DNA of 64,000 bases from Octopus sinensis (taxonomy: Eukaryota). The stretch spans positions 71,238,001-71,302,000 of the forward strand of contig NC_043007.1 of NCBI RefSeq assembly GCF_006345805.1, given 5' to 3'. The notes beneath the pieces are model-generated. The model was not told where the DNA came from, searched no databases, and saw only the letters and a program-made list of their open reading frames with translations. Positions 52,742 through 64,000 of the stretch are shown here, piece after piece. Made by a program: the position numbers and the translations under genes. Within the stretch, counting starts at the first letter, position 1. Each line of letters opens with the position of its first letter.

Positions 52742-53720
52742 CATGTGTGATCTACAACTTAAAAGCTGAATTACTTTAGTTTACTTTTCAATTTCTAAAA
52801 ACCCATAAGATGTTCTTACATTTCTCACAAATGTTCGCTCAATTCATCAATAACATTATTCAAAGTTTTATTTCATCTTTATTTTCAAATTGCTATTTAA
52901 ATATTATATAAGTTTATTTGTACATGCTTAGTATTGTAAATGTATTTTTCCAAAATTCTTACAATTTTAATAATAATAAAACCATGTTTCATTTATGTCT
53001 TAGTAAATAATAATAAGAAACCATGAATAAACAATAATATAATAATTAAAATAAGCATGTAAATTTCATGAGTTTGGCAGCCATGAGTTTTGCAATGTAA
53101 ATTTGGCAAAATTTCATCGTTTTACCCATTTCTTTGAGTTTCCTTCGTTTCTTTATCACAACAATGACATGATGCAACATTTTGTTCATCAGGAGTGGCT
53201 GTGTGGTAAGTAGCTTGCTTACCAATCACATGGTTCCAGGTTCAGTCCCACGGCATGGTACCTAGGGCAAGTGTCTTCAACTATAGCCTTGGGCCAACCA
53301 AAGCCTTGTGAGTGGATTTGGTAGATGGAAACTGAAAGAAGCCCACCATATATATGTGTGTTTGTGTTTGTTCCCCACACCATCGCTTGACAACCAATGT
53401 TGGTGTGTTCATGTCATCATAACTTAGCAGTTCAGCAAAAGAGACTGATAGAATAAGTACTAGGCTTACAAAGAATAAGTCCTGGGGTCAATTTGTTCGA
53501 CTAAAGGTGATGCTCCAGCATGACCACAGTCAAATGACTGAAACAGATAAAAGAATAAAAGAATATAAAAGGCCATTTCTTCGTAAAAAAATTCTTACAA
53601 TTTTAATAATAATAAAACCATGTTTCATTTATGTCTTAGCCAACATCTGGGTTTTTAGAAATTGAAAAGTAAACTAAAAAGTAACCTAAAGCAATCTCCC
53701 TTTAAGTTGTAGATCACATG
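52742..53720. mobile_element. Long-TIR non-autonomous DNA element with a nested SINE
   Basis: 52742-52804 (catgtgtgatctacaacttaaa...tttacttttcaatttctaaaaaccca) is an imperfect inverted copy of 53648-53720. Confidence 0.6.
53191..53563 (+). mobile_element. SINE family A
   Basis: Full-length copy. Further fragments at ~11305-11370(-), 34015-34350(+), 47130-47290(+), 48370-48515(+), 49290-49520(+), 55500-55640(+), 56800-56960(-). Confidence 0.85.
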
Positions 53721-55911
53721 CCAAAGTAGCACCTTTTGTTGTATATTTGTTTGGTGAATGGCAAACCATGATTGATCTTTAGTATAAATGGTGAAGTGTG
53801 ATTGATCTCTAGAAGACTTCTGCCAAACTCACAAATTCTTTTCTCCAGACACAATGAAACCAGTTATTTTGCACTTCCACTCAAGATGAACTCATCCCAC
53901 TTCCTGCTTCTTTTTACACTGAATTCCAATGTATATTAAAAGCATTTCAATATTTCTGACAATAAACATGAAACTGTTCAGAAGTAAACCCTATGTTTCA
54001 CTGGTGAATTGATTGGTATTTGCATACTAGTTGAAACATCAATGGCTTATGACCTCCAACTGCTACCTGGTCCATGTGACATGGCTTGTAACATGATCTG
54101 TGACTGCCTGTAATGTATCCTGTGACATGACCTATCCTTGCTACCTGACTCATCTCATTGGCTCAGTTCAGAAAGTAACTGTAAATAACTGCCATTGGTT
54201 GCTCAGAGACATAATCAACAGAACCTCTGTATAATTAGTGAAGGATTTGTTAGCATGCAGTGCTAAGTTAAGTTCCTCTTATAGATTAAAAAAATGGTGG
54301 CTAGAAATCACTCGACATTCACCTTTAAAATAGACTACCTGATTGGCTTAGTCTAATTTATTACTGGGTCCATGTTTTGGATTTGATTCAAAATACATGG
54401 AATGTCTAATACATAGCAAGTCTACCCCATGATATATTGATTTTAAATTTTTGCACCAGGCTGGCAATTTTGGGAGAGTGGGTAAGTGAATCATATCAAC
54501 CCCAGAACTCAACTGATATTTAATTTATTGACCCTGAAAGGATGAGAGGTAAAGTTGGTCTCAGCGGAATTTGAACTCAGATGGATGAAATGTTGCTAAG
54601 AATTTTTAGCTGCTGTGCTAACGATTCTGCCAGTTCACCACCCCATAATATATAAATTCTGCAAAGACATCCACCAGTGGGAAGATGGATATCTTCCTCA
54701 ATTCTAAGGAACTCCCTGATTATGCTAACAATGATAATGAAAGTGGTGATGATGCTATTGTCTTGTATTGTTACCTTATTGTCAATAAGAGGAAAACACA
54801 TTGTTGCTTTATCCATCAGAAGAGTGTGGGTGTGACAGTGTGTGAATATTAAAAGGTTAAATAGCTCAATAGCACATTCTGTTTTGCTGTTTATTACTCG
54901 CATTCAGATCAGTGTTGAAATCTACCCAACTATCTCTCTACTGACATGATAATCTGTTAGTTGGCTCCTGTTGTCTGCTTCCATTGACCAGTAAACCAGA
55001 TCAAATTACTCACTCATCACAATAATCCTTTGATCTATATTTGCTATAATAAATTGTCAGTGATGATGATCATGACGGCGGTGGCGGCAGTGGTGGTGGT
55101 GGTGTGGTGGTGGTGGTGGTGGTAGCCTGCTTAAGTAAAGTATTCTGCACAGTGCAATTCGACCGGATTAAGAAACAGCAATATAGCCAGAGTTTGGCAA
55201 AATAGCCATTTATAACACATTTTAGGTCTTAGTATCTAGTCTAACCTGAATTGATTAGTTCAGGGTTTATTTTGATTGTTTTAATGGCATTGAAGTCTGT
55301 ATATGTGTGTGTGTGTGTGTGTGTGTATTTCTGTTTTCATTGGCATTTGTTGTGTGTGCATGTGTGTGTGTGTGAGTGTTATCTATCTGTTGTGTGTATC
55401 TATATGTGTGTATGTTTTGTTTTGTGAATTGTTTATGTAGTTGAGTTTATTTTTGATTACACTCATTAATTTATAACACAGACACATCTGAAAGGTTAAG
55501 AAGTTTATTTCATAATTACGGAGTTGTGCTGGATTTGATCCTACTGCATCACAACTTGGGCAAGCAATTTCCCTCATAGTCTTGAGTCGACCTAAGCCTT
55601 GTGAGCAAAATTGTGGAGATGGAAACTGTGTGGAAGCCCACCAAATAGTTCGTAGATTATATCAAGCTGTATTTGCTTGATAATTACAATAAGATTGTAG
55701 CTGTCTGTGGAACACTCAGCCACTTAATGCTAATTCGATAAACTGACAGCTCAGTTGATAAAGCAATTGGTAAGCTTATCATCAAAACTGACGGATATCT
55801 TTTTACTGTTTCTGCATTTGTGTGTGTGTGTGTTTGTTTTTATGTCTGATTGTGTGTTTTTCTGATTCTAAATGTGTATGTGCATGTATATAAGTGTGTA
55901 AAGTGCTGATT

Positions 55912-56237
55912 AAAATGTGTGTACAATTAAACAACTAAATATAAACTGGGAACAACATAATCTATTTAGAAAGGTGTATGTAAAATAAATATCTGCAGGA
56001 TAGTCCAGATTCAGGGAACTTAAAGTTTCATGTGTTACATGTTCAATCATCAGTGGAGGAAGAGAAGTTATATATAAAATGTGTGTACAATTCAACAACT
56101 AAATATAAACTGAGAACAACATAATCTATTTAGAAAGGTGTATGTAAAATAAATATCTGCAGGATAGTCCAGATTCAGAGAGCTTAAAGTTTCATGTGTT
56201 ACATGTTCAATCATCAGTGGAGGAAGAGAAGTTATAT
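55912..56237 (+). repeat. 164-bp tandem duplication (2 copies, few substitutions)
   Basis: aaaatgtgtgtacaatt...gaggaagagaagttatata begins at 55912 and again at 56076. Confidence 0.92.
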
Positions 56238-58119
56238 AATTATACATATCCAATGTATAATGTAAATTCAGTGACAGTCAAGTTGGTCTACATCAGATAT
56301 AATTACAAGTAAAATCAATATTTTGGACTGTGGTTCATCAGGAACAACAACAACAAAAAAAAGAGTAAAGAGGGTTACATGTAAAGCAGACAAACAAAAA
56401 CAAAACATGGTGAATAAAGACTGAAGGTGGGAGAGGGCAATATATGTAGGTCTTTAGATGGGTGTGGGTATGTGTGTATATGGAAGTATGTCAGCATTTT
56501 ATGTGAGTATAGGCATGTGTGTGTATGTGTGTGTGTATAAATAAATATGTAGATAGGTAGATAGGTAGATAAACACACAGACAAACAAACAAATATACAG
56601 ATGTCATCATCATTTTGATATTCACTTTTCCATGCTTGCATGGATCAAACAGAATTTGTTGAACCAGATTTTCTGTGACTGGATGTTCTTCCTGTCACTA
56701 ACCCACATCTGTTTTCAAGTAAGGAAATATTTCCCTCTGGCCATACATATTTTTCATGGAAGACAAGAAATGAGCAGCTCTCTCATGCACATGCACACAA
56801 CACGTTTTTCTTTCAATTTCCATCTACCAAATCTACTCTGAAGGCTTTGGTTGGCTTGCAGTTATAAATGAAGATACTTACTCAAGGTGATCTACATTGG
56901 GACTAAACCACAAACCAAATGGTTGAGAAGTAAGCTTCTTAACCACACAGCCATGCTTGTGCCTAAGCCCCAGATCTTACACACATCTGTACCCACTCAC
57001 ATAACATATTCAAAGAAACACATTCCCTTATACATATATACACACACTCATTTACACACATATGCGCACACATATATAACTAGTCTTCTCATACAACTTC
57101 ATCTCTCCCCACTTCTTACTTAATTCCCTTCCCTTTTCACTCTCCTGACTACCAAACACCATTCAGCCCACACTCGCTCTTTCACTCCTATTCTTTATTC
57201 CCCCACCATGTTGTTTTTGCTTTGACAGCTTTGTACTTAAAATTTCTTTTACTTGTTTGTGTCCCCACTGTTTTTGTTCTTGTCAAAAGACCACTGTCTG
57301 AAACGTTGAATTTTCCTCACAACATAATTATATACTTTCTATTCCTGCTCATTGTTTTGTTGTTTTTACCAGGAGACATTTTGGATATCTAATATATACT
57401 AGTACAATGTCGGATATCTAATATATAATAGTATGATGTTGGATATCTAATTTATAATATCTAGTATATGATTTTCATAAAAGAAATGAAATACAAGAGA
57501 ATAAGCAGAACGGCCAAAACTTAATGTAATGTATGCATACTGACAATATCTCAGATATTTTATGTTCATTTACAAAAATGTAAATGAATTACCACTATAA
57601 AATGTCCTACTTTGTGAAGAAGAGACTAAATATTAAATAATATATTGTAATATATGCAATATATCTGTTTGATATAGGAATGTATACAATATAGCCTATT
57701 CATATAGGAATTCTTTTACTCATTTCAATTTTCAAATCTGAGACACTGCTCAAGGTTTTAGTCAATGAAATCAACCTCAGTAATTTATTATTATTATTAT
57801 TATTATTTTTAAAGTCTTGTACTTATTCTTTTAGTCTCTTTTTGCTAAACACACAGGATGAGGTTCCATCTAGCTTCCAGCTACCAAATTCACTCTCAAG
57901 ACATTGGTTAGACCCTGGCCCAAACAGTTCCCAAACTGACAAAAAAATTCTTACAAAAAAATATTTAATGAAATCTCACTCCTCCTCCTCCTGCTCCTCT
58001 TCCTCTTCCTCTCTATTATGAAGACAACATGAAATTTACATCCATTTAATAATTCTTCTTTCTTTACTCTTTACTATAATGTTGACAAGTTTAAAAAGTT
58101 GACAATCATCTTAATTTTA

Positions 58120-58347
58120 TTAACCCTTTCGTTACTGTATTTATTTTGAGATGCTCTGTATTTCTTTCAATTACTTTAAATATAACAAAGAGTTTAGTAA
58201 AATAACTTAGTTATCATTCAGCTAGTGTTAGGAATGTAAGTTGTGACTAAGGCTTGGTGGAATATTTTAATTCAAAACTTAAGAAAACAAGACATTTGTA
58301 CTCAGAGCCAGAGCTGGTTTCAGCCAAGTTGGTAACGAAAGGGTAAA
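58120..58347. mobile_element. piggyBac-like MITE
   Basis: TTAACCCTTTCGTTAC ... GTAACGAAAGGGTAAA; closely similar to 18558-18786. Confidence 0.85.
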
Positions 58348-58796
58348 ACAAACCAATTTATCTTCTCCCTTTTCAAATCTTACCAGTGCCATCTAGGGGA
58401 ATTCCTGAAGAGAGGTCTGATCCCTTCACTCACAAGAAGAATTCCTTCTTATCCCATAAAACATCATTGCTAGTGAAAATAAAGCAAAGAAGATCAAATT
58501 TCCATGTCTAGTTTAAATAGATCACATCTTGATAATGAGATTGTAGCTTTTCCTTTATCCAGCTACCACTAAATCCATAGGGTCTTTCTTTGTATTATTC
58601 TACAAGCATAGTAGCTGAAATATTGTAGAACCATGCCTATACAAACATGTATGGCTTGGTATGTAAATGGTAATTTGCCAACCTCAGTTACATACCAACA
58701 CCTCCTTTTATTCTTCACACTTTCACCTGTTTCAGGCATTGGACTGTGGCCTGGCTGAATCATTCACTACTTTGGGATTTGCACAAAAAATGCATG

Positions 58797-58842
<46 letters not shown>

Positions 58843-59559
58843 TATAGAAAGATATATATATACTTATTCAGAAACATATAAGCATCAGCACAAATACATT
58901 CACACCAATACATATGACAGTATTTGAACTGATAATATAGAAACTGTTAACCATGGGTCTTAGTAATAACATTACTTCTCGCCACCTCCAATGTGAACCA
59001 GACGAACAAATCAATCCTCTGTAGATTTATCAAACAGTCTATTATACATTTGATAACCATATTATCTGCCCACTGAATGTAGATGTATATAGTTCTGATA
59101 AATTGCTTCAATATTTAATGCTGATATACTTAAGTCAGACATAAAGTTTATGTCATACTTTTGTAATTCTTGTTTTCCAAATTCTCATTATCAAGCAAGA
59201 ATTACATTTAATTTCCATGGAATTAAAATTTAAAGTTGAATTGATATTTGTTGTTGGAAAAGTTATTTGCTGTGATTTTTTCTTTAACTAAAAACATTTA
59301 GTGTTGACATCTAAGAAACTCATCCTAGGAGACATTTTGAGATTAGTTGTAAACTTATAAATGTCTGCTTGACTTAGTAAAATGTCTGACTGTAGTTTGC
59401 AAAATCTCACTTCATCTATTTTGTATTTTCTGTGAAATACACTTCATGACTGCCAAAATTCTCACTGGTTTAGGGCTTAATGTTTGTTTTCATGAGTCAT
59501 TAAGAATATATGAAACTTAGTGTTACTTTATTGAAATTTATACAAAAGTAAAATAGTGA

Positions 59560-59848
59560 ATTCTATTGTGTCTGGGGAGAGTTATTTTCTTTTTGGGCCT
59601 TATAATTTAACACACTTACTGGTAAAATTTCCACTTATTTCTTACTTTTATTTTCCTAAAATTTTTGTTGCGTCTTGCAAACTTTTCAATAGTCTTGACT
59701 CTGTCCATCTATTGACTACTGAAAAGGTTGCAAGATACAATGAAAATTTTAGGAAAATAAAATAAGAAATAAGTGGAAATTTTACCGGTGAATGTGTTAA
59801 ATTATAAGGCACAAAAAGAAAATGACTCTCCCCAGACACGACAGAATA
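59560..59848. repeat. Foldback palindrome / MITE with ~130-bp arms and a ~20-bp loop
   Basis: gtgtctggggagagttattttc...gcaaacttttcaatagtc mirrors gactactgaaaaggttgc...gaaaatgactctccccagacac. Confidence 0.85.
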
Positions 59849-60443
59849 TGCTTCAACACACGAACTCACATAAGGAATCTTGCAAACCAAATCCCAAAAC
59901 GAAATAGAATAGTGAGTTTTTACAAAAAGTGCAAAAATTTCAGTCCAGTAGTATGAAACTCCCAAAGAAATACTGACATATTTCAAGAACTAACTTATTA
60001 AATTGTAGCTGAATATGTGCAGAAGTTTGCCATATGTTTGTGTATGTCTTTCTTTTACTGATATACATCAATAAAGATTGTAAACATAAGCAAGGAAACC
60101 AAAAATCTGCTGCTTTATAAATGATGTCTTTTGCAATATTGCTTTCGCACAGACTTAGCTGAAGAGTATGTTTTTTGTTTTTTTTAACTTTTAAGAAATA
60201 TTGGTTTATGTCAAAATTGCAATCTTCATTACAAGAAACCTGCTATTGATTCAACACTGAATTTTGCATTTCGATAGAAGCTTGTCCAGTTTCATTATAT
60301 TTATACATACATACTTACATGTTTTGCTTAAGCATTGCATGACTAATAACTTTGTATAGAATTCAGTATACATATATTTCAGAATGAAGTGTTAGTCAAG
60401 TACAGAGACATAATGAGAAAATGAGACAATGAAGGAATAAGCA

Positions 60444-60558
60444 ATTATCTTATGAACTTCATTAGCTTACATTCTGATGAAGCTATAAGCATTGAACTAT
60501 GAGTCCATTGCATCATAGAGCAGAAACAGCTGTAAGCTAGTGAAGTTCATAAGATAAT
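60444..60558 (+). ncRNA. Degenerate minimal hammerhead ribozyme motif inside a 27-bp inverted repeat (Penelope-type remnant)
   Basis: CTGATGA (60474-60480) ... GAAACAGCTGTA; flanking arms attatcttatgaacttcattagcttac and gtaagctagtgaagttcataagataat (1 mismatch). Confidence 0.5.
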
Positions 60559-60597
60559 CATTGATTCTTTTGTCATCTTATTTTTTACATACTTATG

Positions 60598-60629
<32 letters not shown>

Positions 60630-60638
60630 ATGTATGTG

Positions 60639-60698
<60 letters not shown>

Positions 60699-60864
60699 TG
60701 TATGTATGTATGTACGTATGTATGTGTATATGTGTGTCTAATCAGAGGAATAAATATTTATAAATTCAGCACATGGAAACAGTTACTTTGTTCCTGTTGA
60801 GAAAAATTGCACAGCTCTTAAACAAAACAATTTTCCAGATAGAGAACCTAGACACATTATTTTA

Positions 60865-61131
60865 CCAATCGCCGTGACCGACCAGGCTATCAGATGTTGC
60901 TACACATCGCTGGTCACAATGCGCTTCACATTGTTTTAGCCTTCATATGATGCCACCCCGCTGGCTAAGCGAGCAGGCCAACAGAAGAAAGAGTGACAGA
61001 AAGTTGTGGCGAAAGAGTACAACAGAGGTGTTTTCGCTCAATAACCACTCACAACGCCCGGTCTGGGAATCGAAACTGTAATCCTACAACCACGAGTCCG
61101 CTGCCCTAACCACTGGGCCATTGCACCTCCA
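60865..61131 (-). mobile_element. SINE family C head with a different 3' tail
   Basis: Head nearly identical to 480-522; tail unrelated to the other copies. Confidence 0.7.
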
Positions 61132-61599
61132 CATTTTACTAATAAAACTGTAGAATTCACAGAAATATTTGAAAGCCTGTGTTAGTCTTTCTCATCTCTC
61201 TATCTTACAATGCCAATAAACATTTAATCCTTCTCCAATGAAATTTCTGCTTTAAGCATTTGGCTCATTTGCTTCCTCACAGCTCCATTGCTCAACCTGT
61301 TTATTTTCTCCATCCTTTTAGCTGACACAAAAGCATCAATTTTAGAATTGATGTTATTTTCTTTGTGTGTGTGTGTGTGTGTGTGTGTGCACATACTGAC
61401 TTCTTTAGTGACATTTGCTGTGCATTGAATTTGAGACTCCCTGGTTACTGTCATTGCCAGAAATACAGTGAACAGGGAATGGCCCATTGGAAAACCTATC
61501 TCCAAAGACACTATTCTTCACAAAATGCAATATAAAATAGATAAAAAAAAATAACTGCCTAATAATGTTATATTGAAACTAATAATGTTGCTAATTTGC

Positions 61600-62165
<566 letters not shown>

Positions 62166-62258
62166 TTGTATATACTTGTGTCTGTTATATGCATTTTCTA
62201 TTGTGAATTTGACTTTGTTAAGATGTTCATTCTGGTCTGTTTTTGTTCGTTTCACCAG

Positions 62259-62372
62259 GATCTCCTCTCCAAGGATGAAATGCTCCGCTACAATAAAACT
62301 GGAAGCATCACAACATCACATATCCATCTCCATGATGCTGACAATATTCAGTTGGCATGTTCTTTATTTAAG
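62259..62372 (+). CDS. Next coding exon (38 codons, phase 0/0) of the same myosin; N-terminal part of a MyTH4 domain
   Basis: Acceptor ttttgttcgtttcaccag|GAT, donor AAG|gtaaga. [38 protein letters not shown] matches the recalled EMxxY..IPxSHIHxxDPxNxxxACxIF motif of myosin XXII-like proteins and joins the 27858 donor in frame. Confidence 0.85.
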
Positions 62373-62532
62373 GTAAGATTATTTACTTTCAAACTTGATT
62401 CACTGAATATATAAACTTTTCAAAGACCACTAATTGCAAGAATTTTATCATCATAATCTTCATCATCCTCATGATCATTATCATCACCATCATCATCATC
62501 ATCATCATCATTATTATTATCATTATTATTAT

Positions 62533-63000
62533 TGAGTGAGAGAGCAGTGCATGCCATCAAAGTGACACTGGGGTCAAATATACGAAACCCAGTATACCCA
62601 TCATGACTACCCGTCTGATAAGGGTACACCAGGTACATGCATCACAACCATATGTGCATGACATGGTGATCTCATATCAAGATAAACAGCACATGACCTT
62701 GCAGGTGGGGCCCAGTTGGAATTTTCTTCTGGTCAAGTCACCCATCCCACTCAAAAGGTCCCTGAATAAGGGTTGTTTAAGGATGTTGAACGAAACACCC
62801 ATGTTTCCAGAGGTGAATTATTCAAACCCCAAAGAATTCCTCACAACACATGGCTATGATACTCCCCCTACTACTCCTGCTCTTGATCAGAGATGCACAT
62901 ATTGTCAGCCACTAAGGGACATGCTACAGACAAGCAAGTCTGTGGTATTGAGCAGAATATTTGTTATAGCCCATCTTTTTATACCAAGAAAAAACATGTA
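62533..63000. mobile_element. Interspersed repeat next to an (ATT)n/(CAT)n tract, family unassigned
   Basis: Higher-GC block starting right after the triplet run; resembles a repeat I recall from octopus genomes; no credible protein. Confidence 0.45.
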
Positions 63001-63075
63001 CAAGATAATTAATTAATTAATTAAAATCAGAAGCCATGAGACCCAGTGTCTGATACTGCAACAGGGTATATGGCC

Positions 63076-63110
<35 letters not shown>

Positions 63111-64000
63111 GATATTTTTAGGGTCAATAGTATCAATTAACTCCCTCCCCCTCAAAACCGTTTGTCTTGTACCTAAATCACAAATCAAAAGCAGTGAGCT
63201 GGCAGGATCATTAGCATGCTGGACACAATGCTTAGTGGCATTTCTTCCAACTTTACGTTCTGAGTTCAAGTTCCACTAAGGTCAAGTGTGCCTTTCATCC
63301 TTTTGGTATCAATAAAATGAGTACCAGTAGAGCCCTTGGGTTAGTGTAATCAACTAGTTTTCTCCCCACAAAATTTCAGGCCTTGTGCTATTGGAGAAAG
63401 GATTATTATTATTGTTACTGGCTCTCAAAAGGAACAATCAATTCTTTTTTATTGATTTTTAATCATAGATCTACTAAATCAAAGCTGATTAAGAGCTAAG
63501 CAACAACTTAATTAGTCAAATTATGTTGGCCAAAATTTACATCAATTAAAATTTAAATGGAGACATGCAAAAGGATCTGATCTTCATCTTTGGTACTTAT
63601 TGTTAATAGGAATTATCTCTCTTTCATTATGGTTGCTAGCAGAAATGCTACCCTCTTTACAACTTTCTGCTAGTATATGTTGAATAAAAAAAATTCTAAT
63701 GTGTAAACAAATTGTGCATTTTATATCTTATGCATTTGTATGTAAGTGAATGAACTTGAAGTATAAAATTTCTATGTAACTTTGATATGAGAAATATAAT
63801 GTGAAAATGTTCATAAATATTCTCAAAGTATACCAAAGAAAAACTTTATCATGTATTTTTAATGAATTGAATAGTTAATTGAGAATGAGTGAGAGAGAGT
63901 TTTGCAAGGAAAAAAACTGAACCAAAGAATAAGAGAGAAAAGTTATAAGAATAGAGAAAGAGAAAGACTAAGAGAAATAGAAGTGACAAATAAAGAAATG

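Overview
AT-rich, microsatellite-dense eukaryotic genomic DNA; the SINE, MITE and LINE repertoire points to an octopus (coleoid cephalopod), which is an inference. Almost the whole window is intronic sequence of one + strand gene, a MyTH4-FERM unconventional myosin (class XXII / 'myosin-I heavy chain'-like). Two coding exons are visible: a 1434-bp polyproline-rich exon (26425-27858) and a 114-bp MyTH4 exon (62259-62372), joined by a 34.4-kb phase-0 intron. The introns hold a full-length decayed mariner, two 5'-truncated RTE LINEs whose reverse transcriptase carries an embedded PHD-type zinc finger, an internally deleted Ty3/Gypsy element with a 5-bp TSD, a Dong/R4-type LINE end in a (TAA)n tract, piggyBac-, hAT- and pogo-like MITEs, three SINE families, a 5S rRNA pseudogene and degenerate Penelope-type hammerheads. 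Top leads: (1) a GC-rich foreign segment fused to 45 nt of the 28S rRNA R-element hotspot, possibly the end of an undescribed rDNA-specific retroelement; (2) the PHD finger inside the RTE reverse transcriptase; (3) a 5S rRNA-SINE chimera; (4) a possible internal first exon giving a motor-less myosin, and inverted SINEs around a stop-free 3n exon (circRNA or editing candidate). Nearly all short ORFs in the supplied track are microsatellite or repeat noise. All alignments were done by eye and family names are from memory, not database searches.
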